Assembly (NCBI RefSeq): GCF_036321535.1
Contig: NC_087437.1
Location: 33,482,001 to 33,546,000 of the forward strand
Origin: Camelus dromedarius
Taxonomy: Eukaryota
Direction of reading: 5' to 3'
DNA length: 64,000 nucleotides
The position numbers were made by a program, and so were the translations under genes. Positions 24,400-37,270 of the stretch are shown piece after piece; positions within the stretch are counted from its first letter, which is position 1, and the number at the start of each line of letters is the position of its first letter. A model generated the notes under the pieces. It made no database searches. It was not told where the DNA came from and saw nothing but the letters and a program-made list of their open reading frames with translations.

Positions 24400-25180
24400 G
24401 ATAATTTATCTTCTTGCCAAAGCACATCTCTTCTTTCAGGGATCTGTGGGTAATAATTCTCTCTTATGCACATGAAAATAGCATCATTTCCACCCTCTCT
24501 AATTAATCAGGATAAAGAATTCTAGATTTCTCCACCAAACTCTGGAGATAGTCTCCATTGTCTTTTGCACCTCTTTTTGCTGTTGAGTTTGCCATCAAAT
24601 GATTGTCATTCCTTCTGGATAATCTTTCTTTTCCTTCCACGCCTTTTTTCTGCTGATGGTCTAACGTTTTACTACAGCACGCATTGACGTGAATTCAGTT
24701 TTATTTGTTCTGCTTGTGGTTCATCTTTTCAATCGAATGCCTCATATTTTCCTCCCGTTCTACTTATCACTTACCTTCTCCTGAAAGTTCCATTAGACAT
24801 ATCTTGCAACTCTTCACTAAATCCTCCATAATCTTAATTTTTTCATAATCTTCATCCCTTTGTATTTCTTTGCTGTATTATCTGAAATTTCCTCAAAGTT
24901 CTAATTCATTAATTCTTTCATTGCATTTTTCTCTTTTTAAATCTGCTTGTCTACTAAGTTTTTAAAGTTTCAATTAACATATTTTTCATTTATAAAATTT
25001 TTAATTGCTCCTTTTTAAAAATCCTCCAGTTCTAGTTTTATATTCTCTTGTTTTTATTTCATAGGCTCCTGTTCATATTTTATGGTTGCTATTTTCTCCT
25101 TGACCTCTAAAGATTTTCAAAGGAAAATAATTTTCTGATTGTTCAAATATTTCTCTTTTCCTGAGTGTAAAGTCTCATTT
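24400..25180 (-). mobile_element. Old L1/HAL1 ORF1-region relic
   Basis: Pyrimidine-rich degenerate sequence (ctccattgtctttt...tttttgctgttgag...cattagacatat) typical of antisense ancient L1 ORF1. Confidence 0.45.
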
Positions 25181-25288
25181 GGTTATAGTTTTTACCTATG
25201 TTTTGTGGATAAAGATAGCTGTAAAACATTCTTTACAAAAGAAATATTTCCAATGTACACGTAAGCACAGAAGTTAGAAAAAACCACT

Positions 25289-25757
25289 GGTTGTGGGACA
25301 CAGTATGGGCCAGTGACATGTGGTTAGTAAAAGAATTTACCAGAGATGAAGGAGGAGACAAGTAAAGGAGTTTATTAGGGGTACGCTGTCATAGACAACA
25401 GCGGGCCACACAGATGAGAGGTGTCTGTGTGAGCACCGAGGGCCAGTTGTTGGTGTGTTTCATAAGGTTGGGTCACAAGGTGCCTGATTGGCTTATGCAC
25501 AAGTCCCTGATGGGTGATAGGTGAGGTAAGAGGTTTAGAGTCCATGAAGGGCGGTGAGGTTTATGACTCTGATAAAGAGGGCTGAAACAAGCCAGCCTGA
25601 GCTGTGAGATTAGGCATTACCTAGGGCTATTAGTTTGTTATGGAAAACACACCCAGTAAAGAATGTACTTTTATCTGTTGAGGGACCACAGGCAGACATC
25701 TGAGAGCCCAGGAATGGGGGTTGTTGGATTTTGATGGACATCAGTTGGCCCCACAAC
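25289..25757 (-). mobile_element. Solo LTR, family uncertain
   Basis: Near-inverted termini (g)gttgtggg...cccacaaca; AATAAA on the minus strand (gtttatt at about 25372). Confidence 0.65.
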
Positions 25758-25957
25758 AGCTATATTTCCACCCCAGAAAAAAAAAAACAAAAGCTGAAAC
25801 TGTATCATAAATATTTCAGATCATTTTAGAGTAATAATCATTATAGATACTTAAAATTTGTGTTTCCTGTATGCTTAAAATACATGCTTTATTTATCTTT
25901 AATTTTTTTCTCTTGCCTTATAAAGGCTGACTTCTGCCCTAAAGTTGTGGGTCATAT

Positions 25958-26587
25958 TGATGCAGGAAAATGGATGTGGGGCGTGAGGAGGACGTTGGGC
26001 CCCTGGGACATGCCTCACCAAGTGTAGGTCCTTGGCTTCACACAGGAAAGAATTCAAGTGTGAGCCACAGTTGAGTAAAGGTAGATTTCTTTAGAGGGAT
26101 ACATACTGCATAGAGTATAAGGCAAGAGAAAGGTGAGGAAAGAGGTGTGGGAATTGGGTGCTCAAGTTAAAGTAGAAGTAGGTACACACTCCATAGACAG
26201 AGTGTGGGCCTTCTCCGAAGAGGAGGGAGTGAGAAAGGGGCGGCTAGGCGTGGTGTTGCCTGTTTTTATGAGCTCAGTAACTTCATACGCCTGCATGTGG
26301 GACCATTCCAACTACCCTGGGGAAGGGGCTGGGATTCCCAGGAATTGGGCCACTGCCCATTCTTTGGCCTTTTGCGGTTAGCCTTGGGGCTGTCATGGCG
26401 CCTATGGGCATGTTATTTATCACGCTGTTACAACGAGCATGTAATGAAGCTCAAGGTCCACTAGAAGTCACACCTCCTGCCAACTTAATCCTCAAGGCCA
26501 ACTGGGAGTTGAATCTTCCACCATTTTGGTGTTAAATTGCTGTCATTCCTTGAGTGGCTGTGCCCTGCCCCCTTCTGTCCGGTCTCA
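25958..26587 (-). mobile_element. ERV1-type solo LTR
   Basis: TG...CA termini, 4-bp flanks atat/ttat, aggaaagaattcaag..gagcc motif typical of class I ERV LTRs. Confidence 0.75.
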
Positions 26588-26639
26588 TTATTACCTATCC
26601 ATACTTATCCATATTTATGCGCATATATTATTCATGATA

Positions 26640-28400
26640 ATATTTAATATTGTTTGATATTCTTCAAAAGTTATAAAAATAGTATGTTCTATTTTTCAGT
26701 GTCCCTTTTTTTTTAATCTTAGCTATGTTTTTTAAATCTGTGTTGATGCATATAGGGCCCACATTTTTATATATATCTCACCATGTACATTATTTGGAAA
26801 TCTCTCAAGAGAATATACTCAAAGTAGAATGGCTGGATCCTGAGCTGAGCTCATTATCAACTTTGCTAGATAGTGCCAAGTTGCTGTCGAAGTTGTTGCA
26901 CCAATTCATACTCCCTTCCACCAGCAGTGTATGAAAATTTCCATTTCTTCACATTGTCAATTGATAATTTTATTGCTGGTTTTACTTTTTACATCAACTT
27001 TATTGAGGTATAATTTGTAGACAATAAAATTTACTAATTTTAATGTACAATTCAGTGAGTTTTAACAAATTGTATACAGTCCACTGTTATTAAGATCGAG
27101 AACACTTCCATCACCTGAAAATTCCTTCCTGTCCTTTTATGATCAATTGCCTTTCCCACCCCAGCCCCTAATAGCCACTAGTCTGCTTTCAATTATTTTA
27201 TTTTTTCTAGAATTTTGCTTAGCATAATGTGTTTGAGATTTATGCAGTTTGTTGCATGTTATCAGTGTTGTATAGTCCAAGTTCCTGTGTCTGTACAGTG
27301 AGGCCAAACAACCAAAACATCAGAGTTTTGAGCCAGGAAAGATTTATTGCAGAGCCAAGCAAGGAGAGCAGGTGGCTTGTGCTCAGAAGACCTGAACTCC
27401 CCCGTGGTTTTCAGGGAAAAGTTTTTAAAGGCAAAATTTCGGGTGAGGGCTGTAGTGTGTATGACTTTCTTCTGATTGGCTGGTGGTAATAGGGCAGGGC
27501 TCTGTGAATCTTGTACTCAGCCTGAAGTTACCATCCTCCACCCAGGTGGGGCCTTAGTTCCTGTAGAAGAGCTCAAAAATATATTGTTACGTATATCCCT
27601 TGAGGAGGAGCTAGGAATCCGCTTTATCACTGCACTATTATTTCTTGACTGTGCCTCCTTAGTTTCTGCATACCTTCACTTCTGTAATTAGTAACTATTT
27701 GAATCTGCCCTTTGGAACTCAAGGAAGGTCTAGGAGGATGAAGCCTTTTTCCTACAAACAAGAAATGGGGGCATGGAAAGGCTTTGGTATCCAGGTAAGC
27801 CACACAGGATCCTGCTTGATTTCATCAATAGTCTGTTTCTTTGTATTGCTGAGTAATATTCCATGTAGATATTCTACATATTGATGGCACATTGATGGAA
27901 ATTTGGGTTGGTTCCAGGTTGAGGCTATTATGAATAGAGCTACTATTTACCTACAAATCATTTACCTACAAGTCTTTGTGTGGACTGGGTTAAGACCTAG
28001 GATTAGAATTGCTGAGTTGTGTGGTAAGTACATGTTTAACTGTGTAAGAAACTGCCAAAATGTTCTTCCAGAGTAGCTGTACCATATCATTCCTACATCA
28101 GCATGTAAGAGTTCCAGTTGCTCTACATCTTCATCAACAGTTGAAATTGTGTTTTCATAAATTTAGTTATTTGGTGGGGGTGCATTTTGCTAATGACTAA
28201 TGCTGTTGAGCATCTTTTCATGGACTTGTTTACACTGGTGTGTAAGCGTTGGGTGAAATTTCTGTTCAAACTTTTTGCCCATTTTAACCAAGTTGCTTCA
28301 TTCCTTAATATTCAGTTGTAGGAATTCTTTATATGTTGTGAATAAAAGTCTTCAATAAGATATATATTTTGCAAATATTTTCTCCTAGTCTTTGAAACAC
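26640..28400 (-). mobile_element. Old L1M (MA/MB-like) 3' fragments
   Basis: ctttattgaggtataattt...aacacttccatcacc...attgatggaaatttgggttggttccag...tttaactgtgtaagaaactgccaaa...gttgagcatcttttcatg. Confidence 0.8.
27266..27824 (-). mobile_element. ERV1-type solo LTR nested in L1
   Basis: TGTTG...TTTCA termini, flanks tcag/tcaa; the host L1 reads continuously (gttgcatgttatca|atag) when the LTR is removed. Confidence 0.8.
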
Positions 28401-28744
28401 CTTTTTATTTCTTTACACGTCTTCTAAATAGCTGAAGCTGTCTTCAATTTTTAACTTTTCTGTTTTAAATTTTTTATTATTTTTATTTTTACTATTTTGA
28501 TTTTTATTGTCTATGTAAGTTTTTTTCTTTAAAAATTGATATGTCTATTTTAGAAGAATATTGATATAGAATGAATGAGTTTAAAAATATCTAATATTTA
28601 ATTAGTAAATATCTAACTTATCTTATTACACTTAATAATGGTGTGCATTTATTTGAAAGTAACACTAGGTTTTGAAATTCCCCACAGATCTTGGAGATAT
28701 ACCTAAAATTTAACTCTCTTTAGCAATAGTCCTATATTCTAGAG

Positions 28745-29045
28745 TACTGTTGCCTAATAAAAATGTAATGCAGGCCACATATATAATTACATGCGAAACT
28801 TTAAATTCCCTAATAATATATTAAAAATTAAAATAGGCAAAATTAATTTTAGTAATATATTTTAACCCCAAAATATCCAAAAATGCTATCATTTCAACAC
28901 ATAAACAATATAAAATTAATGAGATATTTTACATTTTTTCTTTCATACACTGCTTTAGTTTAAAATTTTAAAATGTGGCACTAGCCACTTTTAAAGTGCT
29001 TTGCAGCCACACGTGGCTACGAGTGTACCATATTGGCCAGTGCAG
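28745..29045. mobile_element. MER33-like hAT-Charlie element
   Basis: aaatgtaatgcaggccacatat...atatccaaaa...atcatttcaaca...agccacacgtggcta...atattggccagtgcag; 8-bp TSD ttctagag/ttttagag. Confidence 0.85.
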
Positions 29046-29569
29046 TTTTAGAGGAAGGGCAACATTTATTTCAACTGAGTAATCTCCTATGGTGTACATA
29101 GCACTGTATGAAATGTTGATAATAAAATAGATGAGATTTAACTGTGTAGCCAGGAGAATATCAAAAAGCAATTTCAGCTTTGAAGATTTCCTGGAAACAC
29201 CATTGGGTAGTTCATTAAAGCTCTATTTGTTCATTACATCCTGGAAAGTGGATATAGGTCACAAAATTGTGTTAGTGACAGGAACACTTTTACCATTAAA
29301 CAGAAAACAGTGGGGAAGCTTTTGGTCAGAAACTGCACACCCAAGTTTCTTCCTCCAGGCAGAGGAATGAGTAGTTTAGCAATGTTATTTTTCAGTGACC
29401 CGTATCAATGGGGCTCCTTCTGAAGGGCCTTCAATGGTTTAATTATCACAAAATTCCTACACTATATAAGAGTCTGGGTGTGTCCTCTTCCTTCCTCCCC
29501 CTGTTCAACGGTTCACATGTGATGAATTACTGCATCACTGCATGCCCTTAGAACACCTGATGGAAAACA

Positions 29570-29965
29570 ACAATGGACAATACCAAGCGCTGGCAAGGAT
29601 GTGGAGCAGCTGGGACTCTCCTGCACTGCTGGGGAACAGAAGCTGGAGCAGTCACTCTGGAAAACAGTGTGGCAGCTTCTTATAAAATTAAATACATATT
29701 TACTACATGACCCAGCAGTGCCACTCCTAGGTGCTTATGAAACTGGACGAAAGTTCAGGCTCACACAAACCAGGGATTGTCAGGAACTAGAGGTGGGGGG
29801 AGGCCATGGTTATGAAGAAGCACAGGGGACAGGTGATAGAAGTCTTCTTTACTTTGATAGCATCCGTGGTTACACAGCTGGAGGCATTTGCCAAACTCAT
29901 AGAGCCATGCACAAAAAGGAAGGACTTTTATTATACATGTTACAAAGAGAAGAGTGTATTATGTA
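29570..29965 (+). mobile_element. Old L1M ORF2-end/3'UTR fragments
   Basis: ORF track peptide LWKTVWQLLIKLNTYLLHDPAVPLLG is a degenerate L1 ORF2 C-terminus. Confidence 0.8.
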
Positions 29966-30904
29966 ACTGTTAAATGCTGGGACCAAAAGAGGTGCAGAGG
30001 TAAGAGAACATAAAGATGATACAATACTAGTTCATACAAGTAGTAGAATTTGACCTAGAAACCAATATTACTTCAATTCAATTCAGCGTCATCAATGCAT
30101 ATTGAGTGCCTAGCCTGGGTTGAGCACAGTACTTAGAGGAAGAGATGGTGAGTGACACAGCTGCGGACTGCAAGAAGCAGTGTTCTTTTTTGTGAGATAT
30201 ATGCAGGTGTATAATGAACATTCTTACAATTTGTGCTCCTCCTAAATGAAGGAAGTTCAGCTCTAATCATGTTTGGTGCTTTAGAGCAAATCCAAGGAAG
30301 CTATTCAGAAGGGACACCAGGCAGTAGTAGCTTTTGAAGCATTTCTTTGTTTCTCTCTCCTCTCGTAGTGGGGTTGTCAGTACCCTCAGAGTGAACTCAC
30401 TGAGAGGTGGCTGATGTGAAGTAAGCGAGTGTCTTGCAACTCTCAGTAGCAGTTGGAAAAGGACCCATCAGGGAGCAAGGGCATGCTAGGGTATATCACA
30501 CGTCTCTGGGACTGACAGTTCCATCCAAGCCTCGACTTGATTGACAGCCACTTAATCTTGGGTGAAGGACTTGTTACCTGGTAATGAAATGACTCACTCT
30601 GAGAACTGAAGCCATTGCAATCCTGCAATCAGCCGGAAAAGTCATTCTTCATGGGAAGGCAGCAGGAGTCCTGGCACAAGTGGATATTCAGAGACCGACA
30701 AAAGTGTTATTACCTCAATGTGCAATACCCTCTAAGTGGCTTAGGTTATACACACATATGCTGTATACCAGTTCTCTTTTTCTTCATCATCCCCTCACGT
30801 GGGACCCCTGTGTTGTACTCTGTCTCCCGTTTTCACTGTATTCTGCTCCAGTGGGAGGGAGCAGGCCTGTAAGACATTCAGGTAGAGAATAACCCCTACG
30901 TATG

Positions 30905-31110
30905 CATAGCACTTCATAGCTACAGAACCCCTTAATCCTCAAAACAGCTCTGTGCAGTAGTGAAGGGCAGTATTAGTATCTCCGTTGTAGAAGGAAACAA
31001 GAGCCCAGAGGAGCTGTAAGTTATGCAGGTTGCCTGACCAGAGAGGTGTGGAATCAGGTCTCAAGTTTGGGTTTTCTGATCCCTAGCCCAGCATACTTTT
31101 CCCTCTGTCA
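30905..31110 (-). mobile_element. MIR SINE
   Basis: ttaatcctcaaaacagctctgtgcagtag...tattagtatctcc...aggaaacaagagcccagagg. Confidence 0.65.
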
Positions 31111-31819
31111 TGATGCCTCATCACTAATTGTGCTGGGTTTTGGTTTAAGAGGCAGTAATATAGTTTTGTTTTGTTAAGTAGTATTCTTGAGGACAGTGCC
31201 CACGATCATCTGTAATGCAGTGTCCATGAATACAAGTTACACAACGCTGATGTGAAGTCGGGGAATTGTGTTGCTTTCCTTCTTCGATCCAGATACTGTA
31301 TAGCAATTGCTTTTGTGTTGCTTGATTTGTTAGTATCAGCTCAAATGGATGGCAGCTGCCTGGATTCTGCACTTGAGAGGCCGTTCTGTAGCATTGGTTC
31401 TGAACTGTTTTTACATGGTCAGAGGTTCCCACAGAGGTGTCTGTTCCAGCCGCAGTGATCCTGGAAGTTTTACCTCCTCCATGAGTCTTCCTCCTTTCAA
31501 AGGGCTTTCAAGGAATCTAATAAACTGGTAACTGGTGGACTTGTAGCAATACCGATCTTACGGCTGTAAGTGAGATTTCCCATGATGCAGTTATTTGAGG
31601 GAAGATGGAAAAACCCTCACATGAATTTTCACTGGAATCTATGCCTGTTATTAAAATTATCATATTTTCCCATTTGAGTAAAAATATGTACTATAGGGGT
31701 GTGTTGGAGGGGGGCGGGTTGTGAGATATTTGGCCAGTATCAGCTGCTAAATGAGTTATAGTATTAATTAAACAGTACTTAATTGTATACTTCTATGAAG
31801 AGAGACTGTGATAATGGCT

Positions 31820-32000
31820 ATAAAATAGCTACCACTTATTAAGTATTTAATAAAGATCCATCTTTAACACAGTATTTCCTTTACTCCCACAACAACCTTA
31901 TGAGAAGGTTTTGAATGAGGGACTGAGACTTAGAGATAAAATAACATGTTCGACTAATGAGTGAAAGGGCCAGGATCCCAATCCAGATCTATCTCAGCTA
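31820..32000 (-). mobile_element. MIR SINE
   Basis: aatagctaccacttattaagtattta...cccacaacaaccttatgag...actgagacttagag. Confidence 0.7.
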
Positions 32001-33640
32001 TGACTTTATGGGCAAGACAGAGCCTTTTTATTCAAGTAGATTAAGGTAAACAAGGAATCCTGATTAAGACTAAGCACGTGGAGAAATAGCAACTCTTGGC
32101 AGATATGATGGGAGCTGTAGATGTGCTTTGAGATTTGAGAAGAAGCAAAACTCTAACTGGTTGAAGGGACTAAAGGCAGAAGAGGCTTCTTGGAGGATGT
32201 GGCATCTGCAGTAAGTTTGGAAGGAAAGGTAGGACTCTTGTGGCAGACAGAGATGTTTATCTGTAGTCTGTAACAATGCTTAAATAGAAACACTGATTCT
32301 GCATTATCAGCAGAGAACAGCACATGCAAATTCTGGCTCTTGGAGTTTTATTTGAAATCCTTTCTTGACCCATGGGTCAAAACTCAGAGCTCTTCCTCTC
32401 TCCCAGTATATCTCTCTCTCTCTCTCTGTCTCTCTCTCACACAACACACTCACAATCCTAGTGATTGTGTGAACACATACACACATAGTATAATTAGTAT
32501 AATATTTTAAATTATCTTCCTCAGAATATCCTTGTTCTCAGAAGAAGTACTTGAAATCAAAAGCAAAGTGACATGATGTCTGCCACTTAAAATGATTCTT
32601 CACTGCACCTGAAAAACTCTGTCTGCAGACCTTCCTGTGGTTGGTTCCTTCATGTAGTTTGAGTTTTGGCTTATGTCACCTCTTCAGAGAAAACTTCCTC
32701 ATTACTCATTCTAAGTAGCCCCTGGATCATTTTCTTTACACTGATACCTTAGCCTAGCTCTTCTCAATGTTCAGGATTTGTAATCAGCTAACAGAAGCTA
32801 CAGTCAAGAGCAGGTCAATAGCCCCACATGCTGTAGATACTATTTAAGGAGGCAACCACTGCTTTGGAGCAGCAGAAAATGTGCTCACCCTCTCGGCTCA
32901 GCAAATTCAGGTGGAAGGAAAGGTGACTGTTACTGTTCTATCTTACTTCCTTTTTTTCCACCAGCCTGAATTGCTAGCTATTTTTGAAAAGTTGCTTCCT
33001 GTCTAGCAAGATGCAGTTAATGGCAGAGCAGCAGATTTCTCACTCATCAATCTGAACTAGCAGGTCTAAACCAGCACAGCACTTTTGAATGTCTTGTTGG
33101 AGAAAGAAAATGAAATGTCAGGTTGGCCATCTTTGAAGGGCTTTTTGGAATCACATGGCTAGTTTTCTGAAGAGTGAAAAACAAGCCTCAGGGTGACAGT
33201 ATCCCACTGTTCAGGCAAGGAGTTGTGAGGAGTCCACTGAGCTCCCCTTTGGAGTGTTGGTGTTAGGCATCCAGTCTTGTGACTGCCCCAGGGTTTCTGT
33301 TTTGAAGACACTGGATTAGACATGCTATTATAGCAGAATATTTCTTTCAGTCTAGAAAACTTAAGTCTCCAGTTAAATAAAGGCAATTTTCAGCAATTTT
33401 TTTTCTAGCAGACATTCATTGTGCTCTCATTAGACATTCGCTGGTGTGCTAAGCCCTGGGGATACAAGTGAACAAGAGAGAGGTGTTCCCTGCCGCCATG
33501 GCTGTTGAAGTCCAACTTTTTATACCTGACTGAAAACTCGGTATCAGACTCAAGTAAAGCCTGACCTTTTGACCTGTACTTAGTCTTGCCTAGAACTGGA
33601 AGGTAACTTGATTGTGACAGATTTTTTGGAAAGAAAACAG

Positions 33641-33823
33641 AAAATCAATCAAACCAAAAGCTGTTTTTTTAAAAAAGTAAGTAAAATTGACAAACTTCTG
33701 GCCAAACTAACAAAGAAGAAAAAAGAGAGGGCACAAATAAGCAAAATAAGAAAGGAAAATGGAGAAATTACAACAAATAACATGGAAATACAGAATATCA
33801 TACGAAGATATTATGAAAAATTA
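33641..33823 (+). mobile_element. Isolated internal L1 ORF2 fragment
   Basis: Encodes [61 protein letters not shown]; ungapped, about 92% identical (15 mismatches in 180 nt, hand count) to 56420-56602 on the minus strand. Confidence 0.95.
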
Positions 33824-34039
33824 TGAGGGCCTATGTATGGTCTGACACTACCTCACTTTTTTTGCTCCTCTGTTTTCAAACTTAGAAACAAGCACCATGA
33901 AATTGTGAGTGTGTGTGCCCCTTTAAGTGAACGTAGCTCTTCCACAAGGCCTGCTGACTTCAGCAAGGCTGGAACCTCTCTCCGGGGGTACCCTTCCCCG
34001 CTCAGACAGGTGGCCACCACGGGCAGCACTGTGACCCGT

Positions 34040-34520
34040 GTATGTCCATGAGCTTGGTTACAATTTTTCATGCTGCAATTGGCAGAAACCCAAATGCAGT
34101 GTCCTCATGAACAGTCATAGCCTAGGAAGCTCAAATAATGGCGCCAGGACCTGCTTCTCAGCTTTGCTTCCTTTGGATGTGACTGTCTCTTAGCATCCCT
34201 CAATCTCATTCTCTTCACGGTAGTGAAATAACTGCTGCATGGAAGCCTCAGATTCTCACAGCCTGGTCCAGAGGAAGAGTAAAAAGGCTTTCTCTCCTAA
34301 GGCCCCGGCAAGCAGCTCCTGGAATCCTACTGCTCTGATTGGTTACCTGCCCATTTTTGAACCAATCACTGTGGCTGGGTGGGTGGGATGTTCTAATTGG
34401 CTTAAACCAGGAGAGCTCTTCACTGGACCTGGAAGGGGGACAGTCCCATCCGAGCTGGCCACTGAGGTTAAGGGAAAGGTGATTTAAAGGAAATCTGGGC
34501 ACTGTTAGGAAAAGGAGGGG
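34040..34520 (-). mobile_element. MaLR LTR (MLT1K/L-like)
   Basis: ctctgattggttacctgcccatttttgaaccaatcactgtggctggg...ttctaattggcttaa...aaggaaatctgggcactgttagga. Confidence 0.65.
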
Positions 34521-34584
34521 TTGTAGATGCCTCTGCCATTGTCATTAGTGTTTTCAGCCTTCCTTTCTTTTCTTTTTTGAAATG

Positions 34585-34890
34585 GGCTTAATCTTTTAGA
34601 ACGGTTTTAGATTTACAGAAAAGTTGGTAAGAGTATAGGGTGTTTCCATATACGCCACACCCAGTTTCCCCTATTTTTAATACCTTACAGTCTATGGTGC
34701 ATTTGTTATAATTAATAAACTAATACTGATAAATTATTAAGTAAGGCCCATATTTTACTCAGATTCTCTTATTTTTACTTATTATCCTTCATCTGTTCCT
34801 GGATCCCATTCAGGATACTATATTACAATTAGTTTTCATTCCTTCTCGGTCTCCTCTTGATTATGGCAATTTCTCAGACCTTCCTTGGTA
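34585..34890 (-). mobile_element. L1MB/MC 3'UTR fragment
   Basis: ttttagatttacagaaaagttg...ttccatatacgccacacccagtttcccctatt...ggatcccattcaggatac. Confidence 0.8.
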
Positions 34891-36842
34891 TCCCCTTCCT
34901 TCACCCTGTGATTTAAAATCAAGTGTCACCTTTATTAAATCAGTGTATCCAGCTCATAGTAGAAATTGAAGAAATTACTTGTTGGATAGTTGAATTAATA
35001 AAAGCTGACTTTTTATAATAAAGTTCATTTAATAGTTTCAGGAATTGTCCCTGTAAGAGGATTTATATTTTAAACTGGAATTTGATTTAAGCCAGAGGGG
35101 ATGATACTCTAAGCATGAAATTACAGGTTTAGTTGGGGAAGGTGGTGGTAATGGGATTGGGGGAGAAGGAATTTAGCCATGGGGGACTTCTTGGCACTTC
35201 TGAATTCATATTGTAGGGGCAAGCTTATGTCAAGTCCCATGTCACGAGTAGAACTTTTATATAATAGAGGGTAGGATGCAGAAGATAGCAACTGTGGTGG
35301 GATGTTTGGGAGGGAAAATTACTAGTCAAAGATATAACTACTACAGCTAATGTGCTTCTTTCTGTCAAAGGAAATTTGGAAAGGGAAGCTGGGGCTATAG
35401 TGGATAAGAGGTGATTTTTATTTTATTGTTTATTTTGTATCTTTCATACCCTCTAGAAGATGGGGAAAAGGAATCTACATACAGTCCTATGGGGATGTTC
35501 CTATTCTCAGGAGTTCTTCAATTCAGTGCCTTCACCATCCCATGGAATGTCAAAGCCCCTGGCATGTATGTAGTCAGTGGATGGGAGTGGGAAAAATATA
35601 ACTCCTCTTAACCTTACCCAGGCTCGAAAGGGACACCTATCGCATAGTGAGAACAGGTCCTGTGGCCCTACCTGGCTGGCAGCTGCTTCCCAGAACAACT
35701 TTATACTCAGGACAGGAGTGTGGATTTTGGTATACAGTTAGCTCTCCCTGACTCTGTAAGTTAAGAGGATGAAGAGGAAGGGGAGAAGGCTGAGGTCTGA
35801 TCATGAGCATCTTGGTTCTAGATTGAGAATCTAGATTTTGTCCAAAGACATAATGATCAGGGGGAGGGAGCAGCAGTGGTTACCTCCCCGCCTTCCCCAG
35901 TGAGGCACCACCTGAAATTCACTGCTCAGTTTCTCTTGTTCCCCAGGCTGGGAGTCTGACACTTCCCAAGGCCCAGGGAGCAAGTGGTCATCTTGTTTTC
36001 CCTGTCATCACCAATATGAAGTGGGCGATGGGATTTATAGCTAATATAAGGCTTTTGAGTTGGTTTATTAGAGTGAGTTCATGCAGAAGCTTAGCCACAT
36101 AGCCCTCCAAGCTGAAAAATAATAACACTGTAGCCTTATCTCTGCTTTTATCTGAGGCACTACAAAGCACTTTGCAAAGCCTGACAGCATCCCCCTGAGG
36201 TGACTAATATTATAGCTATTTTAACAGGGAGATTTTATCTCCGTTACAAGTTAGTATAAAGCCTTTCTGAAAACACCCTGGCCAAGGTTATAAAGTCTAT
36301 TCGGGAAACAGAGGCTGTCGGGCACAAGCTCTGTTTTCTGTTCTCCCCGTCAGGGGCTGTATGGAGGTCTATGTTTTATCATTATGATGACTTTCTTGTC
36401 AGTATCTCTGGTACATTTCTCCCTACAGGAGACCAGCAGGGCCATCGAAGCCCTTTCAGATATTTTAGCAGAAAATAATTTCTCTTATGAAGCTGACATT
36501 TCCTCCCCAGAGGAATGACACTGTCCTGTTAAAATCCAGAGGGCGAGAAGAAAATCCTCCAACTTAGCTAAGTTCACACGTGAACTTATGCTGAAAGCAC
36601 TGGGGGAGTTTGTTTTACAAAGCATCTTGGTAGGTGACCTTGTTTGGAAAAATCAGAATTTTGGCTCCTTTAAGCATGCTTTCTCCCTGACATGTCTCTC
36701 CTTTTGCTTTTATTAATTAGTAATTACATGCTTTGGAGGCAAATTTCCTTTAGAATCCATGCTTTGCCACTCTCATCAAGGGCAAATTTAGGGTTGAGGG
36801 AAGTTTCTCTTTTATCCATTAAGTGCAAAACCTTTATTCTCG

Positions 36843-37270
36843 TGCTGTAGATTTATTCCCTAAGACTCTGACATAGATACGTGCGTCAGGACACTCCTGG
36901 GAGGGTTCCCTCATCAGTCACCTGTATGAGGGAGCGAAGGAGGTAGGGTTGGGCAGAGGGAGGAGTTGAACTGTGAGGGAGTTGTAATAAAGGCCTCAGC
37001 TGGGAACTCGCGGACTAGAGTGGCCTATCAGAGTTGTCTGGAGTTGAGGTGAGAGCACCTGGCTTTTGCATCCCTGCATTATCAGCTATCGAATATGTAC
37101 CGCCTGTGGGAGGTGGTGTAACTTTGAGCAAGGAGGCCTTCTTCAGCCAAGAGCAGTTCCTGGGAGGGTTCTGCTGTGTGCCACCAGTGGCCGACACGCC
37201 TGGCATCCGGGGGCTTGGGTGTCTTGCTCCTGAAGGACCACCTGGGCCATGCACCACAGCATCTGCAACA
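36843..37270 (-). mobile_element. ERVL LTR (LTR16-like), 3' LTR of the adjacent internal region
   Basis: gggttgggcagagggaggagttgaactgtga...aaggcctcagc; ends gcaccacagcatctgcaaca, preceded on the minus strand by a purine-rich PPT-like stretch. Confidence 0.75.

Noticed and set aside
33608..33826. 72-aa ORF as a domesticated L1 micro-gene
   Set aside because: Starts at TTG, has no convincing splice acceptor, and carries several non-synonymous changes at conserved positions (W>C, P>L)
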